This document shows positions 9,856 through 19,573 of a DNA stretch of 64,000 nucleotides, in pieces (within the stretch, counting starts at the first letter, position 1; each line of letters opens with the position of its first letter). The notes under the pieces were generated by a model that was not told where the DNA came from, searched no databases, and saw only the letters and a list, made by a program, of their open reading frames with translations. The DNA is from an uncultured Candidatus Rokubacteria bacterium (GTDB lineage Bacteria > Methylomirabilota > Methylomirabilia > Rokubacteriales > CSP1-6). Location of the stretch: positions 64,001-128,000 of the forward strand of contig CAVWWD010000004.1 of assembly GCA_963758635.1 (NCBI GenBank), written 5' to 3'. A program made the translations under genes and the position numbers.

Positions 9856-11712
9856 GTGACCTTCGAGCCGCAGTCGGTCCTCCGCGCGCGCTGCCATCAT
9901 CCCTCCGGCCGGTTCGTGCCGTTCGACGCGGCCGACGTCGAGCAATCGGTCCCGGCCCGCTTCGAGCAGCAGGTCGACCTCCACGCCGGCCGGATCGCCA
10001 TCCGCACCGCCGCAGAGACGCTCACGTATGGCGAGCTGGACCGGCTGGCCAACCGCATCGCGCAGGCGATCCTGGCCCGCATCGGCGAGGGCACCGAGCC
10101 GGTGGTGGTGCTGTTCGAGCACGAGGCCGCCGGCATCGCCGCCGTCCTCGGCGTGCTGAAGGCGGGCCGGTGCTACGTGCCGCTGGACCCCGCCGCGCCC
10201 ATCGCCCGGAGCGCGTTCCTGGTCGCGGATGCCGGCGCGCGCCTCGTCGTGACCCATCGCCGCTGCGTCTCCCTGGCCCGGAGCCTGGCCGGAGACCGGG
10301 AGATCCTCGACGTGGACGGGCTGGACGCGTCGGCGCCCTCCGAGCGGCCCGCCCTCGCCGTGTCGCCGGACGCCCTGGCCAGCATCTACTACACCTCGGG
10401 GTCGACCGGCCGGCCCAAGGGCGTGATGGAGATCCACCGGCACCGGCTCGTCAACGCGCGCGCGAACGTGAACCAGCTCCGCATCACGGCCGACGACCGC
10501 CTCGTGCTCCTCTACACCGTGGGCTTCAGCGGCTCGGTCAACGGCATCTTCGGCGCGCTGCTCAGCGGCGCCCGGCTCTGCCCGTTCGACCTCCGCGCGG
10601 CCGGGCCCGCCGCGCTGGCGCGCTGGCTCCGCGAGGAGGAGATCACGATCTACCATTCCACGCCGCCCATCTTCCGGAGCGTGCTCGACGCGCTCGGGCC
10701 GGCCGACACGTTCCCTGCGCTCCGCCTGGTGCTCCTCGCCAGCGACTCCGTCCACCCGGCGGACGTGGCGCGGTGGCGGCGCCACTTCGTGCCGTCGTGC
10801 CTGCTCCTCAACTCGTGGGGCGCGACCGAGTCGCCGTTCTTTCGCCCGTACTTCATCGGCGCGCGGAGCGAGCTGCCCGATGCCGGTGTCCCGGCGATCG
10901 GCCCGGCGACGGAGGAAGACGACGAGATCCGCCTGCTCGACGACGACGGCCGCGCCGTCGGGTCGGGCGAGACCGGGGAGATCGTGGTCGCCGGCCGTCA
11001 CCTCTCGCCGGGCTACTGGGGGCGGGAGGACCTCACGCGGGCGCGATTCCGGCCGGCGAGCGGCGGCGACGAGCGCGCGTACTTCACCGGCGACCTGGGC
11101 CGGAGGCTGGCGGACGGCTCGATCGTGCACCTCGGCCGGAAGGACTTCCAGGTCAAGGTGCGCGGCTACCGTGTCGAGCCCGGCGAGGTCGAGGGCGAGC
11201 TGCGCGCGCTGCCGGGGATCGGCGATGCCGCCGTCATGGGCCAGGCCGACGGCCAGGGCGGGCACCGGCTCGTCGCCTACGTGGTGCCGTCCGGCGCGGC
11301 GCCCGACGTGGGCGCGCTCCGCCACGCTCTCGGCGATCGGCTGCCGGAGTACCTGGTCCCGGCGCGGTTCGTCTTCCTCACCGCGTTGCCGTTGACCGCC
11401 AACGGCAAGCTCGACCGGCTCGCGCTGCCGGATCCGGGACGAGGGCGTCCGGCGCTGCACCAGGCGTTCCGGGAGCCGCGCACGCCGCTGGAGCGGACCC
11501 TCGCCGGGATCTGGGCGGCGGTGCTCGACCTGGACGAGGTCGGGGTGGATGACGACTTCCTCGATCTCGGCGGCGACTCCCTCCGGGCCATGCAGGTCGT
11601 GACGCGCGTGCAGGAGGCCTCGGGCGTGAGCGTGCCCGTGCAGGCGCTGTTCGAGGCGGCCACCGTGGCGCTCATGGCCACGGCCATCGCCACGCATCAA
11701 ACGCGGAGGTGA
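9856..11712 (+). CDS. Stand-alone NRPS-like adenylation + peptidyl-carrier didomain
   Basis: YTSGSTGRPKG, WGATE, TGDL, GRKDFQVKVRGYRVE, NGKLDR; PCP DDDFLDLGGDSL. Confidence 0.92.
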   Translation: MTFEPQSVLRARCHHPSGRFVPFDAADVEQSVPARFEQQVDLHAGRIAIRTAAETLTYGELDRLANRIAQAILARIGEGTEPVVVLFEHEAAGIAAVLGVLKAGRCYVPLDPAAPIARSAFLVADAGARLVVTHRRCVSLARSLAGDREILDVDGLDASAPSERPALAVSPDALASIYYTSGSTGRPKGVMEIHRHRLVNARANVNQLRITADDRLVLLYTVGFSGSVNGIFGALLSGARLCPFDLRAAGPAALARWLREEEITIYHSTPPIFRSVLDALGPADTFPALRLVLLASDSVHPADVARWRRHFVPSCLLLNSWGATESPFFRPYFIGARSELPDAGVPAIGPATEEDDEIRLLDDDGRAVGSGETGEIVVAGRHLSPGYWGREDLTRARFRPASGGDERAYFTGDLGRRLADGSIVHLGRKDFQVKVRGYRVEPGEVEGELRALPGIGDAAVMGQADGQGGHRLVAYVVPSGAAPDVGALRHALGDRLPEYLVPARFVFLTALPLTANGKLDRLALPDPGRGRPALHQAFREPRTPLERTLAGIWAAVLDLDEVGVDDDFLDLGGDSLRAMQVVTRVQEASGVSVPVQALFEAATVALMATAIATHQTRR

Positions 11713-11717
11713 GGGAC

Positions 11718-12530
11718 ATGACGCGTGCGCTCGTGCTCGCCTGGCTGTGCCTCGCCGCGCCCGCGCTGGCGCGCGCCGAGGCGCCGGACACGGTGTTCCT
11801 GGACGAGCTCACGTGGACGGAGGTCCGCGACGCCCAGCGGGCGGGGAAGACCACCGTGCTCGTGCCCACGGGCGGCACCGAGCAGAACGGGCCGCACATG
11901 GCGCTCGGCAAGCACAACGTGATCGCGCGTCACACCGCGGAGGCCATCGCCCGGAAGCTCGGCAACGCGCTCGTCGCGCCGGTGCTCGCCTACGTTCCTG
12001 AGGGCGCGGTGGAGCCGCCCACCGGCCACATGCGCTTCCCGGGGACGATCACGCTGCCCGAGACGCACTTCCGGAGCGTGGTGGAGTGGGCGGCGCGGAG
12101 CCTTCGCGCTGGCGGCTTCCGCGACGTCGTCCTGCTCGGCGACAGCGGCGGCAACCAGGCCGGGCTGCGCGCGGTGGCCGCCGCGCTCACGCGCGAGTGG
12201 GCGCGCGCGGGCGCGCGCGTGCACTTCGCGTCCGACTACTACACGGCGGGCGCCGACCGTGACGGCGCGGTGGCGCGCTGGCTCCGGGCGCAGGGCGGCC
12301 GCGCCGAGGACGCGGGCGCCCACGCCGGTCTCGCCGACACGGCACAGCTCATGGCGGTGGACCCGAAGCTGGTGCGGACGGACCGGCTGGCCGGTGTGAC
12401 GGTGGGATCGGCGACCGGCGTGGCCGCCAGCCCGGCCGGCGCCACCGCCGCTCAGGGCCGCCGGATGCTCGATCTACGCGTCGACGCCGCGGTGGCCCAG
12501 ATCACGCGGCTGATCGCCGCGGGGCGCTGA
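11718..12530 (+). CDS. Creatininase/MftE-family amidohydrolase with signal peptide
   Basis: ELTWTEV, PTGGTEQNGPHM, HMRFPGTI, GDSGGN, HAGLADT; hydrophobic N-terminus ending ALARA. Confidence 0.85.
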   Translation: MTRALVLAWLCLAAPALARAEAPDTVFLDELTWTEVRDAQRAGKTTVLVPTGGTEQNGPHMALGKHNVIARHTAEAIARKLGNALVAPVLAYVPEGAVEPPTGHMRFPGTITLPETHFRSVVEWAARSLRAGGFRDVVLLGDSGGNQAGLRAVAAALTREWARAGARVHFASDYYTAGADRDGAVARWLRAQGGRAEDAGAHAGLADTAQLMAVDPKLVRTDRLAGVTVGSATGVAASPAGATAAQGRRMLDLRVDAAVAQITRLIAAGR

Positions 12531-14308
12531 GCGCGCCTCGCCGCGCGCCGCGCGGACCAGCGCGGCGAGGTCGGCCACGGTGGAGGCGGCCAGCAGGGCG
12601 GCCATCGGGATCTCCACCGCGAACGTCTCCGCCATGCGGGCGATCACGCGCGTGGCCCGGAGCGAGTCGCCGCCCAGGTCGAGGAACGGGTCGTCCGCTC
12701 CCACCGTGTCGATCCCGAGCACCTCCTGCCACGTCGCGCGCGATGGCTCCGCTCCACGTCGTCCGCCGGCGCGCGGTACGCGGCCTCGAGATCGGGCCGC
12801 GCGGTGCCGGGCCGCGGCAGCACGCGGCGGTTCACCTTGCCGTTCTGGGCCTGGGGCAGGGCGGCGAGCTGGACGAACGCCGTGGGCATCATGGCGGTCG
12901 GCAGCACGGCGGCGAGCGCGCGGCGAAGCGAGGTCACGGTGGGCGGCGTGCCGGGCCGCGGCACAACGTACGCGACCAGACGCACCTCGTCGGCGTCGTC
13001 CGCGACGCCCGTCACCACCGCCTCGGACACGCCGGGATGCCGCAGCAGCGCCTGCTCGATCTCGTCCAGCTCGACGCGGTGGCCGCGGATCTTCACCTGC
13101 GAGTCCTTGCGGCCCATCGGCACGCAGTTCCCGTCTGGGAGCATGCGGGCGAGGTCGCCGGTGCGGTAGCGGCGAAGGGCTGGATCGTCGGGATCGACGG
13201 AGAACGCGGCGGCGGTCAGCGAAGGGCGCCGCCAGTAGCCCGGCGAGAGATAGCGGCTCCGCGCCACGAGCTCGCCGATCTCGCCGGGGGCCACCTCGCG
13301 GCCGTCGGCGTCCACCAGCAGCATCTCCACGTCCGGGGCGTTCCAGCCCACGGGAACGCGGTTGCCCTCGAAGGTCGACGCGTGGTCGAGGAAGATCCAG
13401 CGGAGCGGTCCCGTCTCGCTGCTGCCGAGGCGGTTGACCAGCCGCGCGTTCGGAAAGTGCCGGCGGAACGCCTCGAAGTCGCGCCGGTGCGAGGCCTCGC
13501 CCCAGAGCCGCACCAGCCGCACGTCGGGCATCTGCTCGCCCGGCGCGAAGGCCGCGGTCACGTTGCGGAACACGGTCGGCACCGAGGAGTACACGGTGCT
13601 GCGCTGCTCGCGGAGCCACGCGCCCACGCCGGCGACGCCGTCCCGCGCGGGGTGCCAGGGGCAGAAGCACCCGCCCGTGGAGAGCGAGATCAACAGGTCG
13701 TGCAGGCCTCCGTTGACGGCAAGGCCGAACAGCGAGGTGAGCCGGTCCTCCGGCGTCATGCGGAAGCCGTTGGCGTAGACCCAGAGGTACTGCATGAGGT
13801 TCCGGTGCGTCTGCACCAGCCCCTTGGGCTGGCCGGTGGAGCCCGACGTATAGACGATCCACACGTCGGTGTCCGGATCGATGGCCGCCGGGGGCGGCGT
13901 GTCCGGCCACGCGCGGTCCAGCGCGGTCACGTCGGCCACGTGCATGCCCGCGGGGGCGAGCGCGACGGCGCGGGAGAGATGCGCGGCGTCGGTGAGCACG
14001 ATGCGGGCCTGGCAGTCCTCCAGGATGGTCGCGGCGCGCGCGTCGGGCAGCCGCGGGTCGATCGGCACGTAGCGCTTGCCCGCGCGGAAGGCGCCCACGA
14101 ACGTCTCCGCCGCCTCGACGTCGCCGTCGAGCAGGACGGCGACCGACTCGACGCCCGGCCCGCCGGCGGCGAGGAGGGCGTGGGCGATGCGGGCGCTGGT
14201 GGCGTCCAGCTCGCCGTACGTGCGGGCCGCGCGGGTGGTGACGATGGCCGGGCGGTCTCGATGGCGCGCGGCGATCCGCGCGAACCGCGCGGCGAGGCTC
14301 TCGTGCAT
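12474..14308 (-). CDS. Second stand-alone adenylation + PCP didomain, frameshift near 12740
   Basis: YTSGSTGQPKG, LGSSE, YRTGDL, GRKDSQVKIRGHRVE, NGKVNR; PCP DDPFLDLGGDSL in the adjacent frame. Confidence 0.88.
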
Positions 14309-14409
14309 GTCGTCGCGGCGGAATCCACGGCGGGATTATAGCCAGGACGGCCCGGTCTCCCTCTCTGGTAATCTCTCGGAAGGAGTTCCACCTCGACCAA
14401 GGAGATCCG

Positions 14410-16623
14410 ATGAGCCGGAGCACGATCTACGAGACGCCGCGCGTCGCGCCGCGCGAGGGCGAGACCGTCGTCACCAGCACCTGCGGGCACAACTGCGGCG
14501 GGCGGTGCGTGGTCAACGCCCACGTGCGGGACGGCCGCATGGTGAAGATCTCCACCGACCCGCGGAAGTGGACGCCGGAGCTGCCGCCGCTGCACGCGTG
14601 CGTGCGCGGCTTCGGCCAGCTCGAGCGCGTCTATCATCCGGACCGGCTCACGCACCCGCTGCGCCGCACCGGCCCCCGCGGCTCCGGCCAGTTCGAGCGC
14701 ATCTCCTGGGACTCGGCGCTCGACGAGGTGGCCCGCCAGCTCCTGCGCGTGCGGGCGACACACGGGAACGCGGCCATCCTGGATGCCTCGCGCTCCGGCA
14801 GCACGTCGATGCTCCACGGCCGCCAGGTGGCCCAGCGCTTCCTCTACATGTTCGGCGGCTGCACCGAGCTCTGGTCGAACATGTCGGCGGAGGCCGAGAT
14901 GTTCTCGGTGAAGATGACCTACGGCGCCAAGGCCGAGTACAAGAGCGCGGGGCGCGAGCCCACCGACTACCCGAACTCCAAGCTGATCGTCATGTGGGGG
15001 TGGAGCCCGGGCGACGGCACGTTCGGCACCGGCACGTTCCAGTACCTCAAGTGGGCGCGCAAGCAGGGCGTGCGGATCGTGTGCGTGGACCCCCGGCGGA
15101 CCAAGTCGAGCCTGGAGCTGGCCGACGAGCACGTGTTCATCCGTCCGTCCACCGACGCCGCCGCCCTCATCGCGATGGCGTACGTGATCGTCACCGAGGG
15201 GCTGCACGACCAGGCCTACTGCGACCGCCACGTGCTCGGCTTCGACGAGGCGCACCTGCCCGCGGGCGCGCCGGCCGGCGCGTCGTACCGCTCGTACCTG
15301 CTGGGCCTCGCCGACGGCGTGCGCAAGACGCCGGAGTGGGCGGCCGAGCTCACCGGCATGCCTGCCGCCACCATCCGCCGGCTCGCCGTGGAGTTCGCCA
15401 CGTCGAAGCCCGCCGCCCTCCACTGCGGCTACGCGCCGGGGCGCACCGCCTACGGCGAGCAGTTCCACCGCTCCGCCTACGCGCTGGCCGCCATCACCGG
15501 CAACGTGGGCATCGCCGGCGGGAACTCCGGCGCCAGCAACGGCGCCACCGGCCGCGCGGGGATCCGGAGCCTGCCCATGGGCGCCAATCCCATCGACGCG
15601 CGCGTGGCCTCGCCGCTCCTGGCCGACCTCCTGGCGCGCGGCGAGGCGGGCGGCTATCCGGCCGACATCAAGCTGATCTACGCGGCGGCGGGCGACCTCT
15701 TCAACCAGGCGCCGAACGCCAACAAGACCGTGGCCTCGATCGACGGCGTGGAGTTCTTCGTGGCCCAGGACCACTTCCTCACCCCGACGGCGCGCTACGC
15801 GGACGTGGTGCTGCCCGCCACGACGTTCTGGGAGCGGAACGACGTGCAGACGCCGTGGGCGGGGGCGGGGCACTACACGATCTTCATGAAGCAGGCCATC
15901 GAGCCGTACGAGGAATGCCGGAACGACATCGACATCTTCGCCGACCTCGCCCGGCGCGTCGGCATCGAGGGCTACAACGACCGCACGGAGATGGAGTGGC
16001 TGCGCGAGCTGACGAAGGACGCGGTGGACGACTTCGACGCCTTCCGCGAGCGGGGCCTCGCGCGGCTGCCCGCCCCCGAGGACGCGGTGGCCTTCGCCCG
16101 GCAGATCCGCGAGCCCGAGGCGCATCCGTTCACGACGCCGTCGGGGAAGATCGAGGTCTACTCCACCGTGCTCGCGGCGAAGCCCGATCCCTACGGCCTC
16201 GGCGCCATCCCGCCCATCCCCACGTGGATCCCGCCGCTGACGCCGGATCCGCGCTTTCCGCTCCAGCTCTGCACGCCCAAGTCGCGGGCGCGGACCCACT
16301 CCGTGCACGGCAACCAGGAGATCCTCTCGCGGGCCGACCGCGACGACGTGTGGCTCCACCCGGACGATGCCGCCGCGCGCGGCATCGCCGACGGGCAGAT
16401 GGTCCGCGTGTGGAACGACCGCGGGGCCACGATCGTGCCGGCCAAGGTGACCGATCGCATCGCGCCGGGCGTGGTCTCGGTGCGGGAAGGCGCCTGGTAC
16501 TCGCCGGACGCCGAGGGCGCGGACCGGAAGGGCTGCGCCAACGTGCTGACCGACGACCGCTCGGCGCCCTGCGGCGCGACCACCTACAACACCTGCCTGG
16601 TCCAGGTCGAGCCCGCGCCGTGA
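14410..16623 (+). CDS. Molybdopterin oxidoreductase catalytic subunit (DmsA-like, no Tat signal)
   Basis: CGHNCGGRC...CVRG Fe-S motif, GQFERISWD, ADVVLPA, TPSGKIE, C-terminal molybdopterin-binding domain. Confidence 0.9.
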   Translation: MSRSTIYETPRVAPREGETVVTSTCGHNCGGRCVVNAHVRDGRMVKISTDPRKWTPELPPLHACVRGFGQLERVYHPDRLTHPLRRTGPRGSGQFERISWDSALDEVARQLLRVRATHGNAAILDASRSGSTSMLHGRQVAQRFLYMFGGCTELWSNMSAEAEMFSVKMTYGAKAEYKSAGREPTDYPNSKLIVMWGWSPGDGTFGTGTFQYLKWARKQGVRIVCVDPRRTKSSLELADEHVFIRPSTDAAALIAMAYVIVTEGLHDQAYCDRHVLGFDEAHLPAGAPAGASYRSYLLGLADGVRKTPEWAAELTGMPAATIRRLAVEFATSKPAALHCGYAPGRTAYGEQFHRSAYALAAITGNVGIAGGNSGASNGATGRAGIRSLPMGANPIDARVASPLLADLLARGEAGGYPADIKLIYAAAGDLFNQAPNANKTVASIDGVEFFVAQDHFLTPTARYADVVLPATTFWERNDVQTPWAGAGHYTIFMKQAIEPYEECRNDIDIFADLARRVGIEGYNDRTEMEWLRELTKDAVDDFDAFRERGLARLPAPEDAVAFARQIREPEAHPFTTPSGKIEVYSTVLAAKPDPYGLGAIPPIPTWIPPLTPDPRFPLQLCTPKSRARTHSVHGNQEILSRADRDDVWLHPDDAAARGIADGQMVRVWNDRGATIVPAKVTDRIAPGVVSVREGAWYSPDAEGADRKGCANVLTDDRSAPCGATTYNTCLVQVEPAP

Positions 16624-16676
16624 CGCCCGGCGGACGGCCGCGATCAGGCGCGAGTAGATCCTGCTGATGAGCTCTT

Positions 16677-16808
16677 CCCCTCTCCCCTCCGGGGAGAGGG
16701 CAGGGTGAGGGGCCGTCGCACAGGCACGCGGGTCGACTCCACGGACGTCAGCCCGCGAGGTGGTGCCACCGACCCTCACCCACCCCTCTCCCTGGAAGGG
16801 AGAGGGGG
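16677..16808. repeat. REP/REPIN-like inverted doublet of CCCTCTCCC..GGGAGAGGG palindromes
   Basis: cccctctcccctccggggagagggcagggtgagggg (16677-16712) mirrored by ccctcacccacccctctccctggaagggagaggggg (16773-16808), intergenic. Confidence 0.75.
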
Positions 16809-16816
16809 GACCTGTG

Positions 16817-18061
16817 ATGACGGACGGCTCCGCGTTCCGTCCGGGCGCCCGCTGGGTCGTCGTCGCCACGCTATGGGCGACGCTCGGCATCACCTCCGGG
16901 CTCTTCTTCTCCTTCCCCGTCTTCTTCGTCCCGCTGATCGAGGAGTTCGGCTGGTCGCGGGGCGTGGCCGCCGGCGCGTTCTCGCTGTCCTCGGTCGTCC
17001 AGGGGCTCCTGTCGCCGCTCGTCGGGATGCTGGTGGATCGCTTCGGCCCGCGGCGGGTCATGCTCGGCGGCTCGCTCCTCGTCGGCGTGTCCGCGTTCCT
17101 CGGCAGCCAGGTCGCCTCGCTCTGGCACCTTTACCTGGTGATCGGCGTGCTCGGCGCGGCGGGCATCTGCGCGGTGGGCTGGGTGCCAGGTGGCGCGCTC
17201 ATCACGCAGTGGTTCGCGGAGCGCCGCGGCAGCGTCATGGGCATCGCGTTCTCGGGCATGGGCGTCGGCATCCTCGTCATGGGCCCGCTCACCCAGTGGC
17301 TGATCGCCACGCAGGGCTGGCGCCGCGCCTACGCCCTGCTCGGCGTGGGCTCGGTGATCGTGCTGCTGCCCTTGATCTGGGCCGGCGTCCGTGAGGCCCC
17401 GCGGCCCGCGCGGCCGAGCGCGGCGGCCACGACCGCCCCCGCGGGGCCGCCGCCCGAAGGCATCACCGTCCGCGACGCTATGCGCACCCGCGCCTTCTGG
17501 GCGCTCTTCTTCGCGTACATGTGCACCCCGCTCGCCGTGTTCCCGGTGGTGACGCACCAGGTGGCCTTCGCCGTCGACCAGGGGTTTTCGCGGCTCTTCG
17601 TGGCGAGCATCTTCGGCCTCACCGGCCTCATGTCGGTGGGGGGTCGCGTGCTCTTCGGCGTGGCCGCCGACCGCATCGGCCGCGCGCCCTCGGCCACCTT
17701 GTCCTACACGTGCACCGCGCTGGGCACGCTAGCGCTGCTGTCGCTGGAGCGGTGGCACGACCCGGCGCCCCTCTACGTCTACGCGTTGCTGTTCGGCCTC
17801 GGCTTCGGCGCCCGCGGGCCCATCATCACCGCGATGGCCGCGCAGCTCTTCCCCGGCCGCCGCTTCGCCGCCATCTACGGCGCGATCACCGTGGGCAACG
17901 GCGCCGGCGGCGCCGTCGGCCCCTGGTTCGCCGGCGCCATCCACGACATGACCGGCAGCTACCGCATCGCCTTCCTTCTCTCGGTGTTCTTCTGCGCCAT
18001 GGGCGCCGCCTGCTTCTGGATCGCCTCCTACTCGCCCCGCCCGAGACACCGAGACGCGTGA
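16817..18061 (+). CDS. MFS transporter (OFA/MCT-like)
   Basis: About 12 hydrophobic segments, GMLVDRFGPR motif A, WFAERRG, ADRIGR. Confidence 0.9.
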   Translation: MTDGSAFRPGARWVVVATLWATLGITSGLFFSFPVFFVPLIEEFGWSRGVAAGAFSLSSVVQGLLSPLVGMLVDRFGPRRVMLGGSLLVGVSAFLGSQVASLWHLYLVIGVLGAAGICAVGWVPGGALITQWFAERRGSVMGIAFSGMGVGILVMGPLTQWLIATQGWRRAYALLGVGSVIVLLPLIWAGVREAPRPARPSAAATTAPAGPPPEGITVRDAMRTRAFWALFFAYMCTPLAVFPVVTHQVAFAVDQGFSRLFVASIFGLTGLMSVGGRVLFGVAADRIGRAPSATLSYTCTALGTLALLSLERWHDPAPLYVYALLFGLGFGARGPIITAMAAQLFPGRRFAAIYGAITVGNGAGGAVGPWFAGAIHDMTGSYRIAFLLSVFFCAMGAACFWIASYSPRPRHRDA

Positions 18062-18130
18062 GCCGCGCCCGTGCGCGCAACGCCGCGCAACACCGGGGTC
18101 AGACCTCGCGCAACACCAGCGCCTGGCCGT

Positions 18131-18277
18131 GGGGCGGCGGGGAGGGGGCAGGGGTCGCGGCGGCCCTTCCCCTCCTTCCGTCGACGGAGATCGCGCGCCC
18201 GGATGGAGCCCAGTCCCAGCGGGGTAGCGGACGCGTGCGGCGTGGTCCCGAGACCCCTGCCCCCTCCCCGTCGCCCC
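18131..18277 (+). repeat. ~147-bp dispersed element, copy 1 (MITE-like or structured RNA)
   Basis: 26-bp terminal inverted repeats; core shared with 46079-46224. Confidence 0.85.
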
Positions 18278-18381
18278 GCCCAAGCGCGCCCGGCGCGACC
18301 GCTCCGACGACCACGCCGCGCTGGAGTATCATCCGACCGAGCCGTAGGAGCCCCGAGCGGCGCATCAGGAGGACGACCCGG

Positions 18382-19525
18382 ATGAAGCGAAGCGTCGAGC
18401 GCATCCTGACCACCCACACCGGCAGCCTGCCGCGCCCCGCCGACCTCATCCGCACCATGTTCGCGCGCGAGGAAGGCGTGCCCGTGGACGCCGGCGCCCT
18501 CGCCGCGCGCATCCGGACCGCGGTCGGCGAGATCGTCCGCACCCAGGCGGAGTGCGGCGTGGACGTCGTCAGCGACGGCGAGCTCTCCAAGCCGAGCTAC
18601 GCGACCTACGTGAAGGACCGTCTCACCGGATTCGGCGGAGCGAGCCACCCGCTGACCTACCAGGACCTGGCCGACTTCCCGGAGCTTGCGCGCCGGGTGT
18701 TCGGCGACCCCGGCCGCGCGCGCCGGAAGACCCCCGCGTGCGACGGCCCCATCGCCGTGCGCGACGGCCAGGCCGCGCAGGTAGACGCCGACAACCTGAA
18801 GGCGGCGGTCGGCGCGGCCGGCGCCGGCGAGGGCTTCCTCAGCGCGGCCTCGCCCGGCGTCATCTCGCTCTTCTTCCACGACACGCACTACCAGGACCAC
18901 GAGCGCTACCTCTTCGCCATCGCCGAGGCCATGCGCCACGAGTACGAGACGGTGGCGCGCGCGGGGCTCACGCTCCAGATCGACTGCCCGGACCTCGCCA
19001 TGGGCCGCCACATCCAGTTCGCAAGCCTCGACCTCGCCGCGTTCAGGACGATGGCGCGCCTGCACGTGGAGGCCCTGAACCAGGCCACGGCCAACGTGCC
19101 TGCGGAGCAGCTCCGCCTCCACGTGTGCTGGGGCAACTACGAGGGGCCGCACCACTACGACGTGGCCGCTGGCCGACATCATCGACGTCGTCTTCGAGTC
19201 CCGCGCCACCGCGATCTCGTTCGAGGCGGCCAACCCGCGCCACGGCCACGAGTGGAAGCTGTTCGAGCGCGTGAAGGTGCCGGCGGGCAAGGTGCTGATT
19301 CCCGGCGTCATCGAGTCCAAGACCAACTACATCGAGCACCCCGAGCTGGTGGCGCAGCGGATCGAGCGCTACGCGCGCCTGGTGGGCCGCGAGAACGTCA
19401 TCGCCGGCACCGACTGCGGCTTCGGCACCTGGGTGGGCCAGGCCGCGGTGGACCCGGGCGTGGTGTGGGCGAAGATGCGGAGCCTCGCCGAGGGCGCGCG
19501 CCTCGCGTCGCGCCAGCTCTGGTGA
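18382..19525 (+). CDS. Cobalamin-independent methionine synthase II (MetE C-terminal) family protein, frameshift near 19165
   Basis: ILTTHTGSLPRP, SDGE, HVCWGNY, PGVI, TDCGF zinc-ligand motifs; RBS AGGAGG. Confidence 0.9.
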
Positions 19526-19573
19526 GACGCCGGCCGACCCTGACCCTCATCCCTCACTTCCGGAGGAGCGATC

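Noticed and set aside
18131..18277. Riboswitch upstream of the MetE-like gene
   Set aside because: No SAM or cobalamin riboswitch motif recognised; a second copy precedes an unrelated gene, and -10-like boxes lie downstream of the element.
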